DNA of 32,000 nt from Candidatus Iainarchaeum sp. (GTDB taxonomy: Archaea > Iainarchaeota > Iainarchaeia > Iainarchaeales > 0-14-0-20-30-16): NCBI GenBank assembly GCA_028710695.1, contig JAQTTP010000006.1, positions 22,635 to 54,634 on the forward strand. The letters are read 5' to 3'. Below are positions 18,164-26,109 of the stretch, piece after piece. Position 1 is the stretch's first letter; every line of letters starts with the position of its first letter. Below the pieces are notes generated by a model, which ran no database searches, was not told the DNA's origin, and saw only the letters and a list, made by a program, of their open reading frames with translations. The translations under genes were made by a program, and so were the position numbers.

Positions 18164-18958
18164 ATGATCCAAAGAAAGAAAGTTGGGCTTGCATTAGGTG
18201 GTGGAGGCTCAAAAGGATTTGCACATATTGGTGTCTTGCAAGTTTTTGAAGAAGAAGGCATTCCAGTAGATTATATTTGTGGAACTTCTATTGGATCTTT
18301 AATTGGTGGCCATTATTCTTTGTATAAAGATATAGATCATCTAAAATCTGATGCCTTTTCGTTTTTGAAAGAAAATGATTTAGACTTATTTAGTTTGTTA
18401 AAACCTGGATATGAGAAAACACTAAAAAATTTACAGTTCTTTTTAGAATCTGTATATAGGGATCATAGGTTTTCTGACACAAAAACCCCTTTTTCTTGTA
18501 CTGCAGTGAATATAGAAAATGGTGCTTTATTAGATATCGATGACGGAAGACTTATTGATGCAATTTTTGCAAGTATGAGTATTCCAGGTCTGTTTCCTGC
18601 AAGATTTTTTTGGGGTTCTTGGCTAGTTGATGGCGGGGTACTAAATAATTTGCCAGTAGATATTGTTGCAAAAAAAGGTTATGATGTTGTTATAGGCTGC
18701 GATCTAGGGGACATTGAAGCTCTAAAACAAATAGAGGCAAAACCAACAAGAATAGATGCTTTGAAAAGGTCATTTATTATCATGTCTGATGATTTGACAG
18801 CAAGAATAAAAAAATCAGTTCCAAATGCAATAATAATAAATCCAAAAATAGTTGTTTCAACACTGAGATTTGATTATGCTTTGTCTAAAAAACAAATTGT
18901 TGAGGGCGAAAAATCAGCAAGAGCAAAAATAGATGAAATTAAGAAGAGGCTAAAGTGA
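18164..18958 (+). CDS. Patatin-like phospholipase (RssA-like)
   Basis: GLALGGGGSKGFAHIGVLQVFEEEGIPVDYICGTSIGSLIGG (oxyanion loop and GxSxG), later DGGVLNNLPVDI (DG[GA]). Confidence 0.93.
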   Translation: MIQRKKVGLALGGGGSKGFAHIGVLQVFEEEGIPVDYICGTSIGSLIGGHYSLYKDIDHLKSDAFSFLKENDLDLFSLLKPGYEKTLKNLQFFLESVYRDHRFSDTKTPFSCTAVNIENGALLDIDDGRLIDAIFASMSIPGLFPARFFWGSWLVDGGVLNNLPVDIVAKKGYDVVIGCDLGDIEALKQIEAKPTRIDALKRSFIIMSDDLTARIKKSVPNAIIINPKIVVSTLRFDYALSKKQIVEGEKSARAKIDEIKKRLK

Positions 18959-19515
18959 TTCTTTTGCAGAAAAAACAAAACATTTTTGAGAAGGTAAGGC
19001 ACTATGCACATAACAAAGGCAAAAATAAAAAGTCATTAACTATTTTTTCAAAGATATTTGTATTTTTAATCTCATTTTTGTTTGCATTTTTAATTCTATA
19101 TCTTATTTTTGAATACTTTAACTTATACTATTATGTTTCTTTGTTTTTTTCTTACCTAGTTTACAATTTTTTCAGTTCGAGCTTTCAAAATATTACAATG
19201 ATTGGAACAACAGTAGACTTTTCTACTTTCCAAATTAATATAACTGATGTTTGTTCTGGAGCTTATGAATTAATTGTATTTATTTCTTTGATATTTGCTT
19301 GCTTTGAAATTAAGTTGTGGAAAAGGGCAGTAGGAATTTTAACATACCTTCTGGTGTTTGTAATTTTTAATTTGGTAAGAATGATAATAGTAATTTATTC
19401 TCTGGGGATTTTTGATTTGATGTCAGTAGATATCTTACACACAGTTTTATTCAAATTTGGATTTTGGATATTTACATTATTGTTCTTTGTATACTTTTTG
19501 ATTTTTGCAGAATAA
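18955..19515 (+). CDS. Archaeosortase/exosortase family protein
   Basis: Multi-pass; candidate catalytic Cys-Arg-His in TDVCSGAYELIVFISL, NLVRMIIVIYSLG and DILHTVLFKFGFW. Overlaps the patatin stop by 4 nt; TTG 18964 is an alternative start. Confidence 0.82.
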   Translation: MILLQKKQNIFEKVRHYAHNKGKNKKSLTIFSKIFVFLISFLFAFLILYLIFEYFNLYYYVSLFFSYLVYNFFSSSFQNITMIGTTVDFSTFQINITDVCSGAYELIVFISLIFACFEIKLWKRAVGILTYLLVFVIFNLVRMIIVIYSLGIFDLMSVDILHTVLFKFGFWIFTLLFFVYFLIFAE

Positions 19516-19632
19516 ATCTATAAGAGCCAAATTTCTGTACACTATCTTTAAGCGGAATTAACAATTTGGCAAGCCCTTATCATTTTTTGTATACTTGAAA
19601 TCTGACTACTGCTGTTCTTTTCCCTATTTGCA

Positions 19633-20160
19633 TTAAGCCAACCAGATTCCTATTTGGAATACTGCAACAATTAAAACTATCTTTAGAAGTTGATATTTAT
19701 TGAAAATTAGCATAAGAAAAGTGAATAATTTTAAAGGAATTACAAAGATTGTATTTATAAGAAATAAAGGAATTTGCATAAGGAAATGTTTCTGGGCAAT
19801 ACCTTTGTAGATTGAAACTATTTTTGCGTCTACATTTTGGATATCTTTTTTACTTGGGACAGATTGGAAAATAATTGTTACTGCAAGCCACAAAATTATT
19901 ACAAAAAAATAAAACTCTGGGCGAAATTTCACTGCGTACCAAATTCCAAGTGTGGCAATTATGTTACTAAAAAGAAAAGGGGCAATAGCAATGATTATTG
20001 TTTTCCAATCGTGTACATCATGGTGTTGTACATATGATTCTTTTAATCCAAATTTTACTTTTGTTACTTTTACACCTAATAACATACAGGCAAGAAAGTG
20101 TGTGAACTCATGAATTATTACTCCTGGATAAAATAATAATTCTAAGAACATTTTTACCAC
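19633..20160 (-). CDS. Membrane metalloprotease-like protein with HExxH (GTG 20160 or ATG 20151 start)
   Basis: FYPGVIIHEFTHFLACMLLGVKVTKVKFG contains HEFTH, followed by four or so TM segments. Confidence 0.7.
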   Translation of the reverse strand: MVKMFLELLFYPGVIIHEFTHFLACMLLGVKVTKVKFGLKESYVQHHDVHDWKTIIIAIAPFLFSNIIATLGIWYAVKFRPEFYFFVIILWLAVTIIFQSVPSKKDIQNVDAKIVSIYKGIAQKHFLMQIPLFLINTIFVIPLKLFTFLMLIFNKYQLLKIVLIVAVFQIGIWLA

Positions 20161-20736
20161 TTAGCCTTGATAACGTTTTCTTTTTTCAATTTCATTAATT
20201 TTGTTTTCTATTTCGTGCTTTGTGTTTTTTAAATATCCCTCAAGAATATAGTTCCAAGTTTTTTCTGAAAAATCAGCAAGAATTGTACCTTTTAGCACAG
20301 TTAAATCTGTTGCATAATCTTCTAATTTTGAAGAAATGCTTGAAAGTCCGAAGTCTAAAAATATTGGTCTTTTGTCTCCAAAGAAAATATTTTGTGCAGT
20401 TAGATCTCCGTGGATTATATTGTTGTTGTGGAGTTTTGCAATTTCTTTTCCAACTAAAATAAGTTTTTCTTTGTCTTTGGAATATTTTCTTAAAGGTTCT
20501 CCTTTAATGTAAGATAAATGTAAAGTGTAATTTTCCAAGTCTTCTTTTAGTACTTCTGGGCAAGCAATCCCTGCTTTTAAAACTTTTTTTAATATGCTTG
20601 CTTCTGCTTTGGTTCTTTGTTTTAAAATTTTGTCATTAAGTTTTGGGTTTCGATATTTTTTTACAATTCGTTGTTTGATAATTATGCCCTTGTCTAAGAA
20701 TACTTTTGCTTCGGCACCTTCATAAATTAGCTTCAT
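20161..20736 (-). CDS. bud32: KEOPS complex Ser/Thr kinase Bud32 (stand-alone)
   Basis: GAEAKVFLDKGIIIKQRIVKKYRNPKLND, HNNNIIHGDLTAQNIFF, PIFLDFGLSSISSKLEDYATDL, C-terminal KRKRYQG. Confidence 0.93.
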   Translation of the reverse strand: MKLIYEGAEAKVFLDKGIIIKQRIVKKYRNPKLNDKILKQRTKAEASILKKVLKAGIACPEVLKEDLENYTLHLSYIKGEPLRKYSKDKEKLILVGKEIAKLHNNNIIHGDLTAQNIFFGDKRPIFLDFGLSSISSKLEDYATDLTVLKGTILADFSEKTWNYILEGYLKNTKHEIENKINEIEKRKRYQG

Positions 20737-20741
20737 ACTAA

Positions 20742-21245
20742 TTAGTCAGGGCATAAAATATATAAAATGTCGTTGTGATTAATTAAGTCGTTTTCTAGGT
20801 TTTCAATAGGCTCTTGCATAAGTTCGTAATAGTTTTTTAGGTTTTCTTTATTTGCTTCTAAATCTGCCTTTAAAGCCTTTAGTTTTAGTTTTCCATTATC
20901 AGTTAGAGTTTTTAGTTGTTGTGCTTCTGTTCCACAACTAATTGTTGCCAGATTTGGTGTGTCTGCAATGTATTTCATTGTATTTTTATTAACTAAATAG
21001 TACTCCCAATATCCGGTCTCAATATCTATTGCTTTTGAGATTTCGTCACTTTTGGAACCTTGTTCTTTTAGTAAATATGCTTTATATTCATTAATTTGGG
21101 TCTCATTTGCATAGTCTGTTATGTTAAATTTTTCTCTGCTTTTTTCAATAAAATGGGCTGAATCGGCCATAAAATTTGCATAATAGAAGTATCCACCAAC
21201 AATTATGGCAATAATAATTACTAAAATAAGGATCTTTTTCCCCAT
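20742..21245 (-). CDS. Small membrane-anchored protein, unknown function, 167 aa
   Basis: Start refined to ATG 21245 (MGKKILILVIIIAIIVGGYFYYANF), preceded by GTGAG. Hydrophobic N-terminus, soluble helical remainder. Confidence 0.65.
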   Translation of the reverse strand: MGKKILILVIIIAIIVGGYFYYANFMADSAHFIEKSREKFNITDYANETQINEYKAYLLKEQGSKSDEISKAIDIETGYWEYYLVNKNTMKYIADTPNLATISCGTEAQQLKTLTDNGKLKLKALKADLEANKENLKNYYELMQEPIENLENDLINHNDILYILCPD

Positions 21246-21366
21246 AGGACTCACTAAGAAATATATTGCGGTAGAATATATAAACATTACTATATAATAT
21301 AGTATTAAAAGACTCTAATTTTTTTAGATTCTATTTTGAATTTCAAAAAGGAGGATGGTGAGAGTC

Positions 21367-21822
21367 ATGGCAAGAATGCACTCAAAATCAAAAGGAAAAT
21401 CAGGCTCAACCAAACCCGACGTAAAAGACAAACCAGATTGGGTAAAGTTGAAGCCGAAAGAAGTAGAAGATTTAGTTGTATCATTCGCGAAGGAAGGAAT
21501 GTCACCTTCAGTAATAGGTATAACTCTAAGGGATCAATATGGAGTCCCTGCGGCAGATTTGGTTGCTGGAAAGACAATAACACAAATTTTAAAGGATAAT
21601 AAGTTGAAACCTGAGCTTCCAGAAGATCTAGGAAACCTGATTAGATCAGCAGTTAAGCTTTTGAAGCACTTAGAGCTAAACAAAAAGGATAGAACTGCAA
21701 AAAGGGGCTATCAGTTAACTGTTTCTAAGATTAGAAGATTAGCAATTTATTATAAAGGAAAGAAATTGTTGCCAATGGATTGGAAATATAGTGATGAAAA
21801 GGCAGCATTGTTGGTTAGGTGA
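21367..21822 (+). CDS. rps15: 30S ribosomal protein S15
   Basis: MARMHSKSKGKSGSTKP N-terminus and characteristic central region; GGTGAG-AGTC-ATG at the refined start. Confidence 0.96.
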   Translation: MARMHSKSKGKSGSTKPDVKDKPDWVKLKPKEVEDLVVSFAKEGMSPSVIGITLRDQYGVPAADLVAGKTITQILKDNKLKPELPEDLGNLIRSAVKLLKHLELNKKDRTAKRGYQLTVSKIRRLAIYYKGKKLLPMDWKYSDEKAALLVR

Positions 21823-21827
21823 TAGTT

Positions 21828-22421
21828 ATGGCTGCTACTAGTAAACAACAAAGAGTTGTGGTTGATAAGTGGAAGAAAAAAAAGGAATACACAATTATGG
21901 CGCCAAAATTAGTTGGTAATGTTGAAATTGGCCATACAGTATCCGATAAAGATGAAAAAGTAATTGGAAGAGTTACTAAGGCAAACTTAGGACAGCTTAC
22001 AAACCAGTTCCAGAAGAAAAAGTATGATGTTTACTTTAGAGTAAATAACGTACAAGCTTCAAATGCATATACAGAAATGTTTGCATTGGAAATGAAAGGA
22101 AACTTTTCAAGAAGACTTATTGGAAGACGATGCAATAAGTTGGATATGGTTCAATTCTTAGATACCAAAGATGGCCAGAGATTAAAAGTAAAGTCTTTGT
22201 GTGTTACAAGAAGAAAAATCGAAAAAGTAAAAGAAAGAGATATTTCCAGAGAATTAAGAAAGCAAATCGGAATGATTGTTTCAAAAAACAGTAGTGACGA
22301 TGTGTTTGACTTAGTTATGAACAAAGACGTAGAAAAAGACCTTATTTCAAAGGTAAAAAATATTGCAGAAATAAGAGGTTGTGCAATATTGCTTTTGAAG
22401 AAGGTAAACAAAAAGAAGTAG
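21828..22421 (+). CDS. rps3ae: 30S ribosomal protein S3Ae
   Basis: KWKKKKEYTIMAPKLVGN, FSRRLIGRRCNKLDMVQF, LCVTRRKIEKVKERDISRELRKQIG. GGTGAT overlaps the rps15 stop codon. Confidence 0.95.
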   Translation: MAATSKQQRVVVDKWKKKKEYTIMAPKLVGNVEIGHTVSDKDEKVIGRVTKANLGQLTNQFQKKKYDVYFRVNNVQASNAYTEMFALEMKGNFSRRLIGRRCNKLDMVQFLDTKDGQRLKVKSLCVTRRKIEKVKERDISRELRKQIGMIVSKNSSDDVFDLVMNKDVEKDLISKVKNIAEIRGCAILLLKKVNKKK

Positions 22422-22426
22422 TAAGT

Positions 22427-22457
22427 AAATCCCGTTTTTGGGATTTCTTTTTTTATT
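22427..22457 (+). terminator. Intrinsic-type terminator after rps3ae
   Basis: Perfect stem AAATCCC-GTTTTT-GGGATTT followed by CTTTTTTTT. Confidence 0.75.
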
Positions 22458-22475
22458 TATTTATGAGGTGGTTCT

Positions 22476-22742
22476 ATGGCTCCAGAAACTAATGAAATTG
22501 TGGATATTTTAAATATGCTGCTTTCGGACTACTCAATTCCGAGAAACATAAAAAGTGTTTTAGAAGATACAAAAAAAGTTGTTGAAGGCAAAGAACTAGA
22601 AATCGTTGCTCTTTCTGATGCGGTTTACAAGTTGCAAGATGTTTGTGAAGACATAAACTTGCCTATTTCTGTGAAACCAGATTTGTGGATGCTTTTAAGT
22701 AAACTTGAAGGCCTAAAAGAAATAAAGAAAAAGAAGAAGTAA
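22476..22742 (+). CDS. UPF0147 family protein
   Basis: 88 aa, helical; IVDILNMLLSDYSIPRNIKSVLEDTKKVV...AVYKLQDVCEDINLP is typical of archaeal UPF0147. GAGGTG at SD register. Confidence 0.85.
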   Translation: MAPETNEIVDILNMLLSDYSIPRNIKSVLEDTKKVVEGKELEIVALSDAVYKLQDVCEDINLPISVKPDLWMLLSKLEGLKEIKKKKK

Positions 22743-22812
22743 ATTTTTTTATCTTATTTTTATTTATCTAATTATTCGTAATTAATATATACCTGGTTTG
22801 TCTCTTTCTATA

Positions 22813-24069
22813 ATGCATAATGGATATCTTTTGCCAAACCAATATGTTGACCAAGTAATTAATGGTAGAGATTATTGTGCTGAATTTTTGAAAGTCCCTG
22901 TTGAATTAAGGGGTGTTGTATTTCTATATCTCCCCCAAACAATCCAAAAACAAGTATTAAAGAAAATATCTGATGAAAAGCTAGTTGATTTGTTAAGATA
23001 TCCTGATCCTGATGATATTACTGATATAATTCAAGGGTTATCTTTTTTTAGACGTAAAAAAATACTTTCAGAATTAGAAGGTGGTATGGCAAAAAAAGTA
23101 GCGGACCTTTTAGCATATCCTTCTGACACAGCAATAAGATTAACAAATTTAGACTATGTATTAGTGGATTTGGGAATTAAATTTAAAGATGTTTTAAATG
23201 TTGTTGAAAAACACAAAAAGAAAACTGGAAAAGACCCGGTGGTTTTAGCTCAAAAAGATGGAATTTTTGTTGGAGAGATTCCAGTTTCAGCATTTATCCG
23301 CAGTAATCTTGATGACATCATAGATAAATATGTTGTAAAAGTGCCAACAATTTTTTATCATGAAAAACAATCAAAAATAATAAAATTATTTGAGCACAAC
23401 AAGCACAATAAGATAATTGTTTTAGATAAAGGCAAAGCAATTATCGGAATCATTTATTCTGACGATGTTTTTAGACTAATGAAAAAGCAAAGAGCAAGAG
23501 ATTTGTATGGCTTTGCAGGATTGAAGCAAGAAGAAGATATTTTTGATAAATTTTATATAAAAATAAAAAATAGAGCAACATGGCTGGTGCTTAATTTATT
23601 TACTGCTTTCCTTGCTTCTCTTGTTGTGGCATTATTTAAAGATGTGATATCTGCAGTTGTTGTTCTTGCTGCTTATATGCCTATTGTTGCGGGTATGGGC
23701 GGAAATGCGGGAACGCAGACTCTTGCTGTAACAGTTAGGGGGCTTGTTTTACATAATATAGAAAAAAGAGCTTTTTTCAGAATTTATTTTAACGAACTTT
23801 TGGCAGCATTTTTTAATGGACTGATAGTTGGTATTGTTGCAATTGTATTGGCTTATTTATTGGGGGCAAGCCTTGTCTTTAGCCTTATTGTGGCAGTATC
23901 GGTGTTATTGAATTTAATGGTTGCAGTTAGCGCAGGCTTCTTTGTACCTCTGTTTCTTAAACGCATTGGAAAAGATCCTGCAACAGGGTCAAGTGTTCTT
24001 ATTACTACTGCAACAGATGTCTGTGGATTCTTTATATTCTTGGGATTAGCAAGTATAATTTTCTTGTGA
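22813..24069 (+). CDS. mgtE: MgtE-type magnesium transporter (CBS plus TM domains)
   Basis: CBS-like repeats, then MPIVAGMGGNAGTQTLAVTVRGL and PATGSSVLITTATDVCGFFIFLGLA. Start refined to ATG 22813. Confidence 0.9.
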   Translation: MHNGYLLPNQYVDQVINGRDYCAEFLKVPVELRGVVFLYLPQTIQKQVLKKISDEKLVDLLRYPDPDDITDIIQGLSFFRRKKILSELEGGMAKKVADLLAYPSDTAIRLTNLDYVLVDLGIKFKDVLNVVEKHKKKTGKDPVVLAQKDGIFVGEIPVSAFIRSNLDDIIDKYVVKVPTIFYHEKQSKIIKLFEHNKHNKIIVLDKGKAIIGIIYSDDVFRLMKKQRARDLYGFAGLKQEEDIFDKFYIKIKNRATWLVLNLFTAFLASLVVALFKDVISAVVVLAAYMPIVAGMGGNAGTQTLAVTVRGLVLHNIEKRAFFRIYFNELLAAFFNGLIVGIVAIVLAYLLGASLVFSLIVAVSVLLNLMVAVSAGFFVPLFLKRIGKDPATGSSVLITTATDVCGFFIFLGLASIIFL

Positions 24070-24075
24070 TTTACT

Positions 24076-24828
24076 ATGTTTGGTAATTTTTTTCGTAAAA
24101 GACCAGAAATGAAGACTGCAAAAGATGTAAAAAGAATTACTTTTGCTGAAAGAGTTATTCCTGGACAAGAACACATTCCTAAGAAAGAAAGATCAACAGA
24201 ATTTATTGAATTTGGCGGGGGAGATTTTGGATCTATTGCCGTAGGAAGAGTTAAATTTAATGATGGTACAGAAAAACGAGTTGCCATAAAATTTTTTCAT
24301 AAAGACAGAGTAGTTTCTGATGCAATGGCTAAACAATATAGAGAAGTTATGGCTGACTTTAAATCTGCGGGAGTTAGAATTCCAAAAATGGATATGGTTA
24401 AACTTCCTACTGGCGAGTGGGTACAAGTTTCAGCTCTTTTTGGATCTTCAGGAAAAGGTAGTAAATTTAAATCAAATTTACAATGGTCTATATATCATGC
24501 AATTGAAGCTGGAGAAGCAGCAGTATTGAATTATTTTGAACAATGTGTTTTGATTGCAAATGCAGGCTATAAGCCTTATGTTGATGCGTTTTTTGTTAAC
24601 CCCAAAACGAAACAAGTTTATGTTGGAGATCTAGATCTTTTTGCAAGATTTGGAAAATCGTCGACAAATAATATTATTCGTGACTTATATTCACAACAAA
24701 GCCTTCTTCTGCGTGTAACTACAGTGAATAAACTTTTAGAAGTCTTTAGAAAAAGAGCGAATTTTGGGCTACGAAGACATGAAAAAAAGATATTTGGAAC
24801 ATTATTAAATGTTGTTGCAAAGAAATAA
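24076..24828 (+). CDS. Divergent protein-kinase-like fold protein, 250 aa
   Basis: FGGGDFGSIAVGRVKFNDGTEKRVAIKFFHKD resembles glycine loop and VAIK; QVYVGDLDLFARFG could be a variant DFG region; HxD not evident. Confidence 0.5.
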   Translation: MFGNFFRKRPEMKTAKDVKRITFAERVIPGQEHIPKKERSTEFIEFGGGDFGSIAVGRVKFNDGTEKRVAIKFFHKDRVVSDAMAKQYREVMADFKSAGVRIPKMDMVKLPTGEWVQVSALFGSSGKGSKFKSNLQWSIYHAIEAGEAAVLNYFEQCVLIANAGYKPYVDAFFVNPKTKQVYVGDLDLFARFGKSSTNNIIRDLYSQQSLLLRVTTVNKLLEVFRKRANFGLRRHEKKIFGTLLNVVAKK

Positions 24829-24830
24829 TT

Positions 24831-26021
24831 TTATTCTTCTTTTTGTAATTGTTTTACAAGTTTTTTAACATTCTTTGTATTGTTCATGAACCCGCCACGG
24901 AAAATAATAACCGCGAAAATTAAAACAATTAGAACTATTGCTCCAATTGTTATTGCTCTGTTTTCCATTGCGAATAAGGCAGTTGGTTTTGAGTTCAAAG
25001 ATGTGCTTGTTCCAGAGATAGGGATAACTGTATTTGTGTCATTAGTATTTTTATCTTCTGTGATTATAATCCCTGTATTTGAGTCCTTACTGTAATCTGG
25101 GCTAGTAGGATTGTTTGTAGATGTCAAATCATTGCTAGTAGGATTGTCAACATTTGATTCTGGCCCACTTGTATTGGTTTGGGTTGTCTCTATATTAGAC
25201 TCTATTTTTGGCTCGTAATTGTCTCTAAACAAAACTGCCTCTTTTCCTAAGAAGTATTCCTTGTTTGTGTGGGAATCTCTTAGGGAAACAGAAATTTCTG
25301 TATCTTTACAGAATCCTACTTCTGAATTATAATCTACTGCGAAAACAAAGCTTTTTGTTTCATTTGATGGTATGTTTGTTATCATTGGAATGTACTTTAC
25401 AACAAAGCAATTTTCATCGTTCTTGAAAACAGGGAAAAAGTCTGAATTTGCCCCTGTGTTTTTTACATTAAATATTACTTTCTCAGAAGGGTTGTTTTTT
25501 CCTATTGCTAAGGTAGTGTAATCCCAAGAAACTACTTCTAAAACAGGGGTAGAATTGTTTGTGTTTGAACTAAATGAATATTTGCCCTCTTTTTCTGTTA
25601 CTTTTACTATAATTTCTTTCTCAAAATCTGTGCTTTTGAATCCGTTATTCGCATTTAGTTTTATTAGGATTTTGTATTCCTTTGGCTCTGTGTTGCTTGG
25701 AACTTTTATGTTTATTGCCTTAGAATATGAAAAGTTTGTATTATCCATGTATGTTGGACTTGTTACTTCTAAGTCGCTTTCAAAGACATAATTTAGCTTT
25801 AACTTGTAATAAGAATCTATATCTATTCCAAGTTTAAGGATTGAAAATGAGCCTTGCTGTAAGCTTAGGTATTCTGCTTCAGGAAGGATCTCTATTGAAA
25901 AGTCTTCATTTTGTGCTTTAATTTGCTTCTCCATATCGAAAGTGGAGTAAGAATAAGAGTTTGCTATTAGTATAAAAAGTAAGATTGCCCCGATGATAAC
26001 AAAGATAACCTTTCTATCCAT
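24831..26021 (-). CDS. Secreted/surface protein with Asn/Thr/Ser-rich linker and C-terminal TM anchor, 396 aa
   Basis: Signal/TM at N-terminus (VIFVIIGAILLFILIANSYSYS), beta-rich ectodomain, low-complexity linker, AITIGAIVLIVLIFAVIIF TM and basic tail. Confidence 0.8.
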   Translation of the reverse strand: MDRKVIFVIIGAILLFILIANSYSYSTFDMEKQIKAQNEDFSIEILPEAEYLSLQQGSFSILKLGIDIDSYYKLKLNYVFESDLEVTSPTYMDNTNFSYSKAINIKVPSNTEPKEYKILIKLNANNGFKSTDFEKEIIVKVTEKEGKYSFSSNTNNSTPVLEVVSWDYTTLAIGKNNPSEKVIFNVKNTGANSDFFPVFKNDENCFVVKYIPMITNIPSNETKSFVFAVDYNSEVGFCKDTEISVSLRDSHTNKEYFLGKEAVLFRDNYEPKIESNIETTQTNTSGPESNVDNPTSNDLTSTNNPTSPDYSKDSNTGIIITEDKNTNDTNTVIPISGTSTSLNSKPTALFAMENRAITIGAIVLIVLIFAVIIFRGGFMNNTKNVKKLVKQLQKEE

Positions 26022-26109
26022 GTTAACTTGTTAACTCAAACAATATATAAATATATCTCTTATTACTTGAGTTTTTTGTTCAATGATGAGTGGTTTTCCA
26101 GTTAAAATT

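Noticed and set aside
21336-21599. + strand ORF overlapping rps15 (88 aa)
   Set aside because: Out-of-frame overlap of a certain ribosomal protein gene.
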